DNA of 64,000 nt from an uncultured Alphaproteobacteria bacterium (GTDB lineage Bacteria; Pseudomonadota; Alphaproteobacteria; GCA-2731375). Every line of letters begins with the position of its first letter. Within the stretch, counting starts at the first letter, position 1. Below are positions 9,888 to 20,333 of the stretch, in pieces. The DNA is taken from positions 136,137-200,136 of the forward strand of contig CATOSZ010000008.1 of the NCBI GenBank assembly GCA_951812805.1. Direction: 5' to 3'. Below the pieces are notes generated by a model, which was given only the letters and a program-made list of their open reading frames with translations, was not told where the DNA came from and did no database searches. Made by a program: the position numbers and the translations under genes.

Positions 9888-10739
9888 CTAGGACGGCAAC
9901 ACGATCGGCGAGTCGTCCCGGCCGCCCCACTCCGCCCACGAGGCGACATAGTTCCGCACGTTCGGATACCCGAGCGCCGTCAGCGCCAGGAAAGTATTGG
10001 CCGAGCGATAACCACCCTGGCAGAAGGCGATGATGTTCTTGTCCGCTGTCACACCGCGGGATTCGTAAAGCGCGCGTACCTCGTCGGCCGGGCGAAAGGC
10101 GCCGTGTTCGTCCAGATGATCGCGCCAGAACACGTGCACGGCGCCCGGTACGGTGCCGACCCTCCGCGCCCGTTTCTCCGTGCCCTCGTACTCGGTGCGG
10201 CGGCGGACGTCGAGGATCACGCTCGCCGGATCGTCGATGGCGGCGGCCACGTCGAAGCGGGTTGCGAGGAACTCCAACCGCCGGCCGCCGATGAAGGGCG
10301 GTGGCGTGGGCGGTGCCTTGCCGGGATCGACCGGTGCCGCCGCCTCGCCCACTTTGACCAGCGGATTGCCGTCGGCAGTCCAGGCCGCGCTACCGCCGTC
10401 CAGCAGTTTTACGTGGGGATGGTCCAGTACCGTCAGCAGCCAGACGGCCCGCGCCGCGCGCTCGCCGCTTTCGTGATCATAGACCACCACCGGCTTGTCC
10501 CGGGACACCCCACGCGCGCCGAGCGGCCCCTGGAACATGGCCAGGAACGCCTCCAACGGCTCCGGCGCCGAGTTGTTCAGGCTGAAGCTGTAGATATCCA
10601 AATGTCGCGCGCCCGCGATATGCCCCAACGCGAAGTCCTCCGCCGGGCGCAGGTCGAGAATGGTCACGCGCTCCTGCACCTGCCTCGCTTCGGCGGGGGA
10701 GATCAGACGGTTGCGGTCGACATAGGTTCCAATCGTCAT
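9888..10739 (-). CDS. sseA: thiosulfate/3-mercaptopyruvate sulfurtransferase (tandem rhodanese domains)
   Basis: Two rhodanese domains with active-site CQGGYRS in the second. Start is probably at MTIGTYVD (10739) rather than the upstream in-frame Met. Confidence 0.75.
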   Translation of the reverse strand: MTIGTYVDRNRLISPAEARQVQERVTILDLRPAEDFALGHIAGARHLDIYSFSLNNSAPEPLEAFLAMFQGPLGARGVSRDKPVVVYDHESGERAARAVWLLTVLDHPHVKLLDGGSAAWTADGNPLVKVGEAAAPVDPGKAPPTPPPFIGGRRLEFLATRFDVAAAIDDPASVILDVRRRTEYEGTEKRARRVGTVPGAVHVFWRDHLDEHGAFRPADEVRALYESRGVTADKNIIAFCQGGYRSANTFLALTALGYPNVRNYVASWAEWGGRDDSPIVLPS

Positions 10740-10854
10740 CGTGTTGTTCCTCGAACGCCCTCGATCCATTGCCAATGGTTGACGATGGCCCGATCGGGCG
10801 GTGTCATTCGGTGGGTTCGATGCCGTCCGCGAACCTCACGCCGCCCGCCGGTCC

Positions 10855-10897
10855 CAAAAAAGAAAACCCCCTGAAACCGGAACGATTTCAGGGGGTT
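10855..10897 (-). terminator. rho-independent terminator downstream of tRNA-Ala
   Basis: The minus strand reads CCCCCTGAAATCGTTCCGGTTTCAGGGGG followed by TTTTCTTTTTT. Confidence 0.7.
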
Positions 10898-10900
10898 GTT

Positions 10901-10976
<76 letters not shown>

Positions 10977-11097
10977 TCGGGCGGCGCGAACCCTTGCCTG
11001 TGGCCGGCTCGCGCCAGCGCAAACTACGGATCGGCGCCCCGATGTTCAATGCTTTTTTCGCCCCTCCTTCGGCCGTGTCGGCGGATGCCGGGCAGGC

Positions 11098-11514
11098 TCA
11101 GAGTTGCGCTTCCTCGTCCTCCTCCTCGACGTCGTCGAGTGCTTCGGCCGCGTCCAACGCGTCGGGCGTGTCCTCGGCGTCGGCGTTCAGGTCGGTGGTC
11201 ATCACACCCTCGAGACCATCGCCGTCGTCCTTGTCGATGGCGCCATCATCATCGTCGTCGTCATCGTTGCCGTCGAGCGCGGCGACTGCCTCGTCCAGCT
11301 CGTCCGCCGCCTCTTCTTCGACCACAGGAGCCGGCTTCGGCTTGGCCACAGGCTTCGCCGCCGGCTCGGACCGGGTCTTCTTGGTCTTGTTGAAGTCCGC
11401 GGCCGAGAACTTCGTCTCGCACTTCGGACAGACGATCGGTTCACGGGAGAAGTCGTAAAACTTCGCCCCGCAACTCGAACACAAACGCTTACTACCCCAT
11501 TCCGGCTTTGCCAC
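11098..11514 (-). CDS. TIGR02300-family zinc-ribbon protein with FYDLN motif and acidic C-terminus
   Basis: CxxC…CPKC zinc ribbon, FYDLN-like motif (KFYDFSREPIVCPKCE) and a poly-Asp/Glu tail. Probable GTG start at VAKPEWG (11514). Confidence 0.6.
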   Translation of the reverse strand: MAKPEWGSKRLCSSCGAKFYDFSREPIVCPKCETKFSAADFNKTKKTRSEPAAKPVAKPKPAPVVEEEAADELDEAVAALDGNDDDDDDDGAIDKDDGDGLEGVMTTDLNADAEDTPDALDAAEALDDVEEEDEEAQL

Positions 11515-11644
11515 CCGCCGACTCCTCGAAGATGCCCACGAGATCGGCGCGCCAATTGCCATGTCGGCGGACGCCTGTCAATGCCGGCCGACCGACAATG
11601 ATGCATCCCATTGAAAGGCTTGGCCGCGCGGAGGTCGGCGTGCT

Positions 11645-13194
11645 AGCAGCCTGTCGGACTTGAGCCGAGTTTCGAGATGAGATTCACTGTCACGGTCTGA
11701 TTCTCTCCTGCGCGGTGATTTTGTGATGAGCAACTTTCGACAGGTTGACCGGGAGACCAGCTATCTTCTGCCGCCTTCGGTGGACGAATGGCTGCCTGAT
11801 CGTCATCTGGCGCGCTTCGTGGTCGATGTGCTGGAGCAGCTGGATCTCTCTGCGTTCGTGAAGGCCTATCGTGGTTCGGGCTCGGCGGCGCATCACCCGA
11901 GCGTCCTGCTGGGCCTGCTGATCTACGGCTACGCGACGGGGGTGCATTCCAGCCGGAAGCTGGAGCGGGCGAGCTATGATTCGGTGGCCTTCCGCTTCAT
12001 CGCGGCAAACGACCACCCCGACCACGACACGATCGCCACGTTCCGCCGTCGCTTCCTGCCGCTGATCGAGGGGCTGTTCGTGCAGGTTCTGCTGCTGGCG
12101 CGGCAGGCCGGCATGCTGCAACTGGGCACGGTGGCGCTGGACGGGACGAAGATCCATGCCGACGCGAGCCGGCACAGCGCCCTGTCGTGGCAGCGTGCGG
12201 GCGAGATCGAAGCCCGGCTGCGGGCCGAGGTGGCGGAGTTGATGGCGTTGGCGGAAGCGGCGGACCGGTCCGAGGTTCCCGACGGCATGAGCGTGCCGGA
12301 GGAGCTGGCACGGCGCGAGGACCGGCTGGCGGCGATCGCCGCGGCGAAGGCGGAGATCGAGGCGCGGGCGGCCGAGCGTCATGCGCGGGAGCAGGCGGAG
12401 TACGAAGAGAAGCTGGCAGCCCGCGAGGCGAAGGAAACGCGGACCGGCCGCAAGCCGGGCGGGCGGCCACCGAAGCCGCCGGAGCCGGGGCCACGGGCGA
12501 AGGACCAGGTCAACCTGACGGACCCGGACTCGCGCATCATGCCGGTGGCCGGCGGCGGCTTCGAGCAGTGCTACAACGCCCAGGCTGCGGTGGCCGCCGG
12601 CAGCCTGCTGGTGGTCAGCGCCGACGTGGTGCAGGCGGCGAACGACAAGCAGCAGATCGAACCGACGCTCGAAGCACTCGCCGGCCTGCCGGACGGGCTT
12701 GGCGAGGTCGAGACCCTGTTGGCGGACAGCGGCTACTTCAGCCAGGCCAACGTCGAGGCCTGCGGGGAAGCGGAGATCGCGCCGCTGATCGCGCTCGGCC
12801 GGGAGCACCACCATCTTTCCTGGCGGGACCGCTTCGCCGAGGCGCCGCCAGCGCCCGAGGATCCGACGCCGCTCGAGGCGATGTGCCATCGCCTGGCCAC
12901 ACCCGAGGGCCGGGCGCTCTACGCGCTTCGCAAGCAGACGCCGGAGCCGGTGTTCGGCATCATCAAATCGGTGATGGGCTTGCGTCAGTTCAGCCTGCGC
13001 GGCCTCGACAAGGCGAAGGGGGAATGGACCTTGGCCACGCTCTCCTGGAACATCAAGCGGATGTTCGTCCTCAGCCACGCCTGAACGGGCGGGCCAACCC
13101 GCGTTCGCAACTTCATGGGGGTAAATCCATGACATCGACGCCCGCCAAGCCAATTTTACCAATCCTTGCATGCCCGAGTCCGACAGGCTGCTAG
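11645..13194 (+). mobile_element. IS1182-family (IS5/IS1182 group) insertion sequence, ~1.55 kb
   Basis: 18-bp perfect terminal inverted repeats CTAGCAGCCTGTCGGACT (11645-11662 and reverse complement at 13177-13194). A single DDE transposase ORF lies inside. Confidence 0.75.
11723..13084 (+). CDS. IS1182-family DDE transposase
   Basis: 453 aa with an N-terminal DUF772-like region and a C-terminal DDE_Tnp_1 region (…LDGTKIHADAS…LADSGYFS…). Coiled-coil, charged middle region typical of IS1182 transposases. Confidence 0.8.
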   Translation: MMSNFRQVDRETSYLLPPSVDEWLPDRHLARFVVDVLEQLDLSAFVKAYRGSGSAAHHPSVLLGLLIYGYATGVHSSRKLERASYDSVAFRFIAANDHPDHDTIATFRRRFLPLIEGLFVQVLLLARQAGMLQLGTVALDGTKIHADASRHSALSWQRAGEIEARLRAEVAELMALAEAADRSEVPDGMSVPEELARREDRLAAIAAAKAEIEARAAERHAREQAEYEEKLAAREAKETRTGRKPGGRPPKPPEPGPRAKDQVNLTDPDSRIMPVAGGGFEQCYNAQAAVAAGSLLVVSADVVQAANDKQQIEPTLEALAGLPDGLGEVETLLADSGYFSQANVEACGEAEIAPLIALGREHHHLSWRDRFAEAPPAPEDPTPLEAMCHRLATPEGRALYALRKQTPEPVFGIIKSVMGLRQFSLRGLDKAKGEWTLATLSWNIKRMFVLSHA

Positions 13195-13207
13195 AGAAGC
13201 CGCCGCC

Positions 13208-14560
13208 ATGATCCCCTTCACCTCGCGTCCCACGACCTCGATTTCCGGCGAGATTTCCGTGCCGGGCGACAAGTCCGCCTCGCATCGTGCGTTGCTGCTT
13301 TCGGCGCTGGCCGTCGGGCGCAGCCGGGTTCGCGGATTGCTCGAAGGCGACGACGTGCTGGCGACCGCCGGCGCGTTGCGCGCGCTGGGCGCGGAGATCG
13401 TCCGCGAGGCCGACCACTGGCGTATCGACGGGGTCGGCATCGGCGGGCTGGAGGAGCCGGAAAACGTTCTGGATCTGGGGAATTCCGGCACCGGGGCCCG
13501 CTTGTTGATGGGTCTGCTGGCGAGCCATCCGCTGACCGCCGTGGTGACGGGCGATGCCTCGCTTCGCTCCCGTCCGATGGCACGGATCAGCACCCCGCTC
13601 GACCAGATGGGGGGCCGGTTCTTCTCCCGCGCGGGCGGGCGGCTGCCGATGACGGTGATCGGTGCCGAGGCGGTTATGGGCATCGACTACACGACCCCGG
13701 TGGCCTCCGCCCAGGTCAAGTCGGCGGTCCTGCTCGCCGGGCTCAACGCGCCGGGCACGACCATCGTTCGCGAGGCGAGCGCCACCCGCGATCACACCGA
13801 ACATATGCTGCGTCATTTCGGCGCCGACGTGGAAATCGAGGCCTCGGCCGACGGCGGACGCGTGATTCGCCTGCACGGCCAGCCCGAGCTGACGCCGGCC
13901 GACGTGCAGGTGCCGGGGGACATTTCCTCGGCCGCCTTCCCCCTGGTTGCGGCGCTGATCGCGGGCGAGGGCGAGGTTGTCGTCCGCGATGTCGGGCTCA
14001 ACCCGCTGCGCACCGGCTTGCTCGACACGCTGGTCGAGATGGGCGCCGATATCGAGATTACCAACGCGCGCACCCGCCAATTCGAGCCGGTGGGCGATCT
14101 GGTTGCCCGTGCCGGATCGCTGCAGGGCGTCACCGTGCCGGCGGCGCGCGTGCCCTCGATGATCGACGAGTATCCGATCCTCGCGGTCGCGGCGGCCTTT
14201 GCGAAGGGAACGACGGTCATGCGCGGCGCGCGCGAGCTTCGCGTGAAGGAGAGCGACCGCATCGCCGCGATGGCGCGCGGCTTGTCGGCCCTCGGCGTCG
14301 CGGTGGAGGAGGTCGAGGACGGCCTGATCGTCACCGGCGCCGGCGGCCGACCGCCGCCCGTGCGGCTGAACGCGCCGATCGCCACCGATCACGACCACCG
14401 CATCGCCATGTCATTCCTGGTTTTCGGCATCGGCGCCCGCGCGCCCATCGAGATCGACGATTGCCGGATGATCGACACGAGCTTTCCGGGCTTCGCGGCG
14501 ATGATGAACGGCCTTGGCTGCGACATGGCCGAGGCGGACCGGGGCGGGGCGGCGGTATGA
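13208..14560 (+). CDS. aroA: 3-phosphoshikimate 1-carboxyvinyltransferase (EPSP synthase)
   Basis: Full-length match to AroA (…LPGDKSISHRA…, …LRVKESDRI…). ATG at 13208, 13 bp after the IS1182 terminus. Confidence 0.9.
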   Translation: MIPFTSRPTTSISGEISVPGDKSASHRALLLSALAVGRSRVRGLLEGDDVLATAGALRALGAEIVREADHWRIDGVGIGGLEEPENVLDLGNSGTGARLLMGLLASHPLTAVVTGDASLRSRPMARISTPLDQMGGRFFSRAGGRLPMTVIGAEAVMGIDYTTPVASAQVKSAVLLAGLNAPGTTIVREASATRDHTEHMLRHFGADVEIEASADGGRVIRLHGQPELTPADVQVPGDISSAAFPLVAALIAGEGEVVVRDVGLNPLRTGLLDTLVEMGADIEITNARTRQFEPVGDLVARAGSLQGVTVPAARVPSMIDEYPILAVAAAFAKGTTVMRGARELRVKESDRIAAMARGLSALGVAVEEVEDGLIVTGAGGRPPPVRLNAPIATDHDHRIAMSFLVFGIGARAPIEIDDCRMIDTSFPGFAAMMNGLGCDMAEADRGGAAV

Positions 14561-15177
14561 TCATCGCCGTCGACGGGCCGGTGGCGGCCGGGAAGGGCAC
14601 GTTGGCGCGCAGGCTGGCGGCGCATTACGGCCTCGCCTATCTCGACACGGGCGCGCTCTACCGGGCGGTCGGCCTCGCCCTGTTGGACGCCGGGCGTTCA
14701 GCCGACGATTCCGCCGCCGCGCTCGCCGCGGCGCGGGCGCTCGACCCGGCGAGGCTGGACGATCCCCGCCTGCGCGAGGAACGCGTCGGCGAAGCGGCGA
14801 GCCGAGTTGCGGCGATGCAGCCGGTACGCGATGCCCTGCTGGAGTTTCAGCGCGACGTCGCGGCACGGCCTCCGGGCGCCGTACTCGACGGGCGCGACAT
14901 CGCCACCGTGGTCTGTCCCGATGCCGAGGTGAAACTTTTCGTCACCGCCAGCGCCGAGGCGCGTGCGCGCCGCCGCCACGCGGAACTGACCGCGCGCGGC
15001 GAGACGGCGGACCTCGACGAGGTGCTCGCGGACCTGCAACGGCGCGACGCCCGCGACCAGGCACGCGATGCCGCGCCGCTTCGCCCGGCGGCGGATGCCA
15101 GCTTGCTCGACACGACAAATTTGGATATAGAAGCGGCCTTCCGGGCCGCTCTCTCCCTCACCGAGGGCGCGTGCTAG
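14557..15177 (+). CDS. cmk: cytidylate kinase
   Basis: P-loop [13 protein letters not shown], full-length Cmk. ATGA overlap with the aroA stop. The aroA-cmk-rpsA order is conserved. Confidence 0.85.
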   Translation: MIIAVDGPVAAGKGTLARRLAAHYGLAYLDTGALYRAVGLALLDAGRSADDSAAALAAARALDPARLDDPRLREERVGEAASRVAAMQPVRDALLEFQRDVAARPPGAVLDGRDIATVVCPDAEVKLFVTASAEARARRRHAELTARGETADLDEVLADLQRRDARDQARDAAPLRPAADASLLDTTNLDIEAAFRAALSLTEGAC

Positions 15178-15323
15178 ATTCAGTCCGCCCGGATTAGAGA
15201 CCACCCGACGCCGTCGGATCAGACGGTGTGAAACCAGAGGCGAACCGGAGCCAGCGAAATGGCCCGGCCCAGACCGCCGGAAGCAACCGGCCGGCCAGCA
15301 ACCAGATGAAACGAGGATTACGC

Positions 15324-17216
15324 ATGAGCCAGACCGACGTCGCGCCCGCCGTGGCCGACTCCATTCCCGCCGTCGACGACTTCGAAGCCCTGCTGGAAGA
15401 AAGCTTTATCGCTAGGGACAATCTCGAAGGCACTGTCGTCAAGGGCACGATCATCCACAAGGACGCCGATGCGGTCACCATCGACGTCGGCCTGAAGACC
15501 GAAGGCCGGGTGCCGATGCGGGAATTCTCCAAGGCGGGAGAAGACACGGAATTGAGTGTCGGCGACGTCATCGACGTCTACTTGGAGCGGATCGAGAACG
15601 CGCTCGGCGATGCGGTGCTGAGCCGTGACAAGGCCCGGCGTGAGGAGGCCTGGAACGTCCTCGAAGTCGCCTTCAACAAGAACGAGCGCGTCGAAGGCAT
15701 GATCGTCAACCGGGTCAAGGGCGGCTTTACGGTCGACCTTTCGGGCGCCATGGCCTTCCTGCCGGGCAGCCAGGTCGACATCCGCCCGGTCCGCGACGTG
15801 ACGCCGCTCATGGGTATGAAGCAGCCCTTCCAGGTGCTGAAGATGGATCGCCGGCGCGGCAACATCGTCGTCTCCCGCCGCGCGGTGCTGGAGGAGACCC
15901 GGGCGGAACAGCGCACCGAGTTGGTCGCCAACCTCTCCGACGGGCAGGTCCTCGAAGGCGTGGTCAAGAACATCACGGATTACGGTGCCTTCGTCGATCT
16001 CGGTGGCATCGACGGCCTTTTGCACGTCACCGACATGTCCTGGCGCCGCGTCAACCATCCGACCGAGGTGCTTTCGATCGGCGAGACGGTGCAAATCCAG
16101 GTCATCAAGGTCAATCCGGAAACCCAGCGCATCAGCCTCGGCATGAAGCAGCTGCAGCAGGATCCCTGGGACGGCATCGAGATCAAGTATCCGGCGCGCA
16201 CCAAATGGACCGGCCGGGTCACCAACATCACCGACTATGGCGCCTTCGTGGAGCTCGAGGCCGGTGTCGAGGGCCTGGTGCACATCTCCGAGATGAGCTG
16301 GACGAAGAAGAACGTCCATCCGGGCAAGATCGTTTCGACCAGCCAGGAAGTCGAGGTCATGGTGCTGGAGGTCGATCCCGACAAGCGGCGTATCAGCCTC
16401 GGCCTGAAGCAGTGCATGGACAATCCCTGGACGATTTTCGCCGACAAGCACGCCGTCGGCTCTACCGTCGAGGGCGAGGTCAAGAACATCACGGAGTTCG
16501 GCCTCTTCGTCGGTCTCGACGACGACATCGACGGCATGGTCCATCTCTCGGACCTCGACCGGAACCGTCCGGGCGAACAGGCGCTCGCCGAATATCGCAA
16601 GGGCGACGTGGTGCAGGCCAAGGTCCTGGACATCGACATCGACAAGGAGCGGATCAGCCTCGGCGTCAAGCAGCTCGACCAGGATCCGTTCAGCGCTGCG
16701 GACGAGTTGAAGCGTGGCGACGTCGTGACCTGCACGATCGTTCAGGTGACCGACAACGGCATCGAGGTGACGATCGCCGATGGCCTGAAGGGCTTCATCC
16801 GCAAGTCGGATCTCAGCCGCGATCGCAGCGAGCAGCGCCCCGAGCGCTTCGCCGTCGGCAGCAAGATTGATGCCCTCGTCACCAACCTCGATCGTTCGCA
16901 GCGCCGCCTCGGTCTCTCGATCAAGGCGCGCGAGGTGCGGGAGGAGAAGGAGGCCGTCGAGCAGTATGGCTCCACCGACTCCGGCGCCAGCCTCGGCGAT
17001 ATCCTGGGCGCGGCGATCAACCGGGCCCGGCGCGAGTCGGAAGAGCGGGACGGTGATGACGATGACGCCGGCCAGCCCGAAGAGGTCGCGGCCAGTGCCG
17101 AGGCCGCGATTGAGCCCGAGGCCGCTAGTGAGCCCGAGGCCGCCAGTGAGCCCGAGGCCGACGCGGCGGAAGCAAGCACGGGCGAAGGGGATGACGCGGC
17201 ACCGGAGAAGGTCTGA
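15324..17216 (+). CDS. rpsA: 30S ribosomal protein S1
   Basis: Six S1 domains. GAGGA RBS precedes the ATG at 15324. Acidic C-terminal tail with an EAASEPE x3 repeat. Confidence 0.9.
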   Translation: MSQTDVAPAVADSIPAVDDFEALLEESFIARDNLEGTVVKGTIIHKDADAVTIDVGLKTEGRVPMREFSKAGEDTELSVGDVIDVYLERIENALGDAVLSRDKARREEAWNVLEVAFNKNERVEGMIVNRVKGGFTVDLSGAMAFLPGSQVDIRPVRDVTPLMGMKQPFQVLKMDRRRGNIVVSRRAVLEETRAEQRTELVANLSDGQVLEGVVKNITDYGAFVDLGGIDGLLHVTDMSWRRVNHPTEVLSIGETVQIQVIKVNPETQRISLGMKQLQQDPWDGIEIKYPARTKWTGRVTNITDYGAFVELEAGVEGLVHISEMSWTKKNVHPGKIVSTSQEVEVMVLEVDPDKRRISLGLKQCMDNPWTIFADKHAVGSTVEGEVKNITEFGLFVGLDDDIDGMVHLSDLDRNRPGEQALAEYRKGDVVQAKVLDIDIDKERISLGVKQLDQDPFSAADELKRGDVVTCTIVQVTDNGIEVTIADGLKGFIRKSDLSRDRSEQRPERFAVGSKIDALVTNLDRSQRRLGLSIKAREVREEKEAVEQYGSTDSGASLGDILGAAINRARRESEERDGDDDDAGQPEEVAASAEAAIEPEAASEPEAASEPEADAAEASTGEGDDAAPEKV

Positions 17217-17250
17217 ACCGGGCATCCGGAACCTGGGCTGAGGGCATGGC

Positions 17251-18150
17251 GTGGATAGCGGAGCCCTGATCGATCGCCACCGGCTGAAGCGGCGGCTCGT
17301 CATTTGGCGAACCGTCGCGGTGCTGGCCCTCGTCGCGCTCGCCCTCTCCCTCGTCGGCGTCGCATTTACCGACGAAGCGGGTCCCCGCATCGCCCGGTTG
17401 TCGATCAACGGGCTGATCTACGAGGACAGCCGCAGGGAAGCGGTGCTCGACGACCTCGTCGACGACGAGAAGACGGCGGCCGTCATCATCCGCATCAACA
17501 GCCCCGGCGGGACCACGACGGGGAGTGAGGCGCTGTTTCGCAACATTCGCCGTGTGGCGGAGAAGAAGCCCGTCGTCGCGGTTGTCGGCACGCTCGGGGC
17601 CTCGGGCGGTTATATCGCCGCAATCGGCGCCGACCATATCATCGCCCGCGAAACCTCGATCACCGGCTCGATCGGCGTGATCCTGGAGACGGCGGAATTC
17701 TCCGGTCTGATGGAGAAGCTCGGTATTACCGCCGAACAGGTGAAGAGTGGCCCGCAAAAAGGCCAGCCGACCACGACGGCGCCGATGACGGCGGAAACCC
17801 GCGCGGCGATGCAGGCGATGATCGTCGACGCCTTCGAGTGGTTCAAGGGGCTGGTGGCCGAGCGGCGCGGGCTCTCGGAGGAGGAACTGGTTCTCGTCAC
17901 CGACGGCCGCGTCTTCACCGGCAGGCAGGCGCTGGCCCGTAAATTGATCGACGGAATCGGCGGCGAGCGGGAGGCGATCCGTTGGCTGGAGGAGACGCGC
18001 GAGGTTCCCGGGGACCTACCGGTCGTCGAGGTCGAGTATCTCGAGCCGCCGCCCTTGATCGACCGCCTGACAGCGCGGCTGGCTGGAAAAGTCTTGTCCT
18101 TTCAACCACTTATGCTTGACGGGTTGCGGTCGGTCTGGCACGTTCGTTGA
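17251..18150 (+). CDS. sppA: signal peptide peptidase SppA (36K type)
   Basis: N-terminal TM segment and ClpP/crotonase-like fold with the GASGGY active-site context. Confidence 0.8.
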   Translation: MDSGALIDRHRLKRRLVIWRTVAVLALVALALSLVGVAFTDEAGPRIARLSINGLIYEDSRREAVLDDLVDDEKTAAVIIRINSPGGTTTGSEALFRNIRRVAEKKPVVAVVGTLGASGGYIAAIGADHIIARETSITGSIGVILETAEFSGLMEKLGITAEQVKSGPQKGQPTTTAPMTAETRAAMQAMIVDAFEWFKGLVAERRGLSEEELVLVTDGRVFTGRQALARKLIDGIGGEREAIRWLEETREVPGDLPVVEVEYLEPPPLIDRLTARLAGKVLSFQPLMLDGLRSVWHVR

Positions 18151-18192
18151 ACCCGACGGAAGAGAGGCGGGACCGGCGTCAGGGAGGGGCCG

Positions 18193-18483
18193 ATGATAAA
18201 ATCGGAGTTGATCCAGCGGTTGGCCGAGGCCAATCCACATCTCTATCAGCGCGATGTCGAGCGGATCGTTTCGACCGTGTTCGAAGAGATCGGCGCCGCG
18301 CTGCAGCGCGGTGACCGGGTCGAACTCCGAGGCTTCGGCGCCTTCTCGGTAAAGCGCCGCCCCGCCCGCATCGGCCGCAATCCACGCACCGGCGAACAGG
18401 TTCAGGTGGCGGAGAAGCATGTGCCGTTCTTCAAGTCGGGCAAGGAATTGCGCGAACGCTTGAACACCGAGGATGGCGAATAG
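18193..18483 (+). CDS. ihfB: integration host factor subunit beta
   Basis: 96 aa, IHF/HU fold ([11 protein letters not shown]…[14 protein letters not shown]…GRNPRTGE). Confidence 0.9.
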   Translation: MIKSELIQRLAEANPHLYQRDVERIVSTVFEEIGAALQRGDRVELRGFGAFSVKRRPARIGRNPRTGEQVQVAEKHVPFFKSGKELRERLNTEDGE

Positions 18484-18509
18484 GGCCGCCCGGCGGGGAG
18501 ACATCGGGG

Positions 18510-18863
18510 TTGAGAATTCTGAGCTGGATCGTGCTGCTGCCGTTGGCGTTGATCGTCATCGCGCTGGCCGTGGCCAATCGCGGGACCGTCACCATCAGCC
18601 TGTGGCCGCTGCCCGTCGATTTCGCCCCCCAGCTCTGGCTGCTGGTCATGGTCTTCGCCGGGCTCGGTCTGTTGGGCGGTTTGCTCGTCGGATTGAACAA
18701 GTCCGTTCGCTGGCGGGCGCGGGCGCGCCGGGCCGAAGCGGAAGTGGCCAGGCTCGAGGGCGCGCTTGAGCATGAACGCGCTTCTGCAGGCGGCGCCGGC
18801 ACGATGACGCCTGCCGCCCGCCCGGCCGGCGCTCTCTCCGGGCCGCCGGCGCGTGCGGCCTGA
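18510..18863 (+). CDS. lapA: LapA-family (DUF1049) inner-membrane protein
   Basis: Two TM helices followed by a basic coiled segment. Position between ihfB and pyrF matches the conserved lapA neighbourhood. Confidence 0.6.
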   Translation: MRILSWIVLLPLALIVIALAVANRGTVTISLWPLPVDFAPQLWLLVMVFAGLGLLGGLLVGLNKSVRWRARARRAEAEVARLEGALEHERASAGGAGTMTPAARPAGALSGPPARAA

Positions 18864-18970
18864 GGATCGATATCGCCGTATCTTCGCTACCCCCCGGCCC
18901 AGCGATCTGCTATGAAGGCGCCGCCCGGGAAACGGGCGCCAACTCCGACGAGCCAGCGATCTTCACGCCG

Positions 18971-19678
18971 ATGCGAAGCCCCTTCTTCTGCGCCATCGAC
19001 ACCACCGACCCGGACCGGGCGGCCAGCCTCGCCGAGGTCGCCGCCGCGGCCGGCGGCGGGATCAAGATCGGCAAGGAATTCTTCACCCGCCACGGGCCCG
19101 AGGGCGTGCGGCGCCTGTGCTCTGGCGGCGAGGCGCCGCTGTTCCTCGACCTCAAGTTCCACGACATTCCCAACACCGTCGCCGGCGCGGTGCGCGCGGC
19201 GCTTGCTCTGGCGCCGGCGATCTTGAACGTGCATGCCGCCGGCGGCCGGGCGATGCTGAACGCGGCACGCGAGGCGGTGGAGACGGCGGGCGCGGATCGG
19301 CCGAAGCTCATCGCCGTTACGGTACTCACCAGCCTGGACGCGGACGATCTGTCAGAAATCGGCCTCGCCGGCCCGGTGGAGACGCGGACCCTGGCGCTCG
19401 CCCGGCTGACGCGGGCGTGCGGCCTCGACGGCGTGGTCTGCTCGCCACGGGAAATCGCGCCGCTCAGGGCGGCGCTTGGCCCAGACTTTCTGCTCGTCGT
19501 GCCGGGCGTGCGACCGGCCGGTGCGGCGCTCGGCGATCAGAAGCGGGTGATGACGCCGGGGGAGGCGCTGCGTGCCGGGGCCGACCATCTCGTCGTCGGC
19601 CGGCCGATCAGCGCTGCCGAGGATCCCGCCGCCGCCGCGCGCGCCATCGCGGCGGAGCTGGCCGAGGCGGCGGCATGA
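18971..19678 (+). CDS. pyrF: orotidine 5'-phosphate decarboxylase
   Basis: Full-length PyrF with [12 protein letters not shown] and VVGRPI motifs. Confidence 0.9.
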   Translation: MRSPFFCAIDTTDPDRAASLAEVAAAAGGGIKIGKEFFTRHGPEGVRRLCSGGEAPLFLDLKFHDIPNTVAGAVRAALALAPAILNVHAAGGRAMLNAAREAVETAGADRPKLIAVTVLTSLDADDLSEIGLAGPVETRTLALARLTRACGLDGVVCSPREIAPLRAALGPDFLLVVPGVRPAGAALGDQKRVMTPGEALRAGADHLVVGRPISAAEDPAAAARAIAAELAEAAA

Positions 19679-20322
19679 GCGTCCAGGCCAAGATCTGCGG
19701 CATTCGCGACGAAGAGGCCCTGCGGGTGGCCGTCGACGGCGGCGCGGCGCTGATCGGCTTCGTCTTCTATCCCCCGTCGCCACGGTCCCTCGATCCGACC
19801 GCGGCGGGCGCGCTCGCCCGCCGGGTGCCGGCGGAGGTGCGGCGGGTTGGTCTTTTCGTCGACGAAACGGACGCGGCGATCGACGCCGTACTGGCCGAGG
19901 TCGACTTGGACATGCTGCAGTTTCACGGCGCCGAGCCGCCGGAGCGGGTGGCCGAGGCCCGGGCACGCTTCGAACGCCCCGTGGCGAAGGCGATCTCCGT
20001 CGCCGCGCGCGAGGACATCGAGCGGGCCGGCGCCTACGAGGAGGTCGCCGACCTGTTGCTGTTCGACGCCAAGGCGCCAAAGCGCATGGCGGACGCGCTG
20101 CCGGGCGGCAACGGCTTGATATTCGATTGGAATTTGCTGGCGGGCCGCGATGGCGCGCGGCCGTGGATGCTGTCGGGCGGGCTCGACGCGGACAACGTCG
20201 CCGAGGCGGTGCGGATTTCCGGCGCGCCGATGGTCGACGTTTCTTCCGGCGTCGAGACGGTGCGCTGGCAGAAGGACCCGGCCTTGATCAAGGCCTTTCT
20301 CGACGTCACCAACACGCTGTGA
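19675..20322 (+). CDS. trpF: N-(5'-phosphoribosyl)anthranilate isomerase
   Basis: KICGIR start motif, full-length TrpF. ATGA overlap with the pyrF stop. Confidence 0.85.
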   Translation: MSVQAKICGIRDEEALRVAVDGGAALIGFVFYPPSPRSLDPTAAGALARRVPAEVRRVGLFVDETDAAIDAVLAEVDLDMLQFHGAEPPERVAEARARFERPVAKAISVAAREDIERAGAYEEVADLLLFDAKAPKRMADALPGGNGLIFDWNLLAGRDGARPWMLSGGLDADNVAEAVRISGAPMVDVSSGVETVRWQKDPALIKAFLDVTNTL

Positions 20323-20333
20323 GGTAGCCTGCC

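Noticed and set aside
11690-14398. Very long reverse-strand ORF (902 aa) spanning the IS1182 element and aroA. Similar long antisense ORFs occur at 966-2555, 15318-17408, 20034-21473, 47646-49739 and 61533-63602.
   Set aside because: Typical stop-codon-poor alternative frames of a ~68% GC genome. Their products are Arg/Ala/Gly/Pro-rich with no domain features, and each overlaps a well-supported gene on the other strand.
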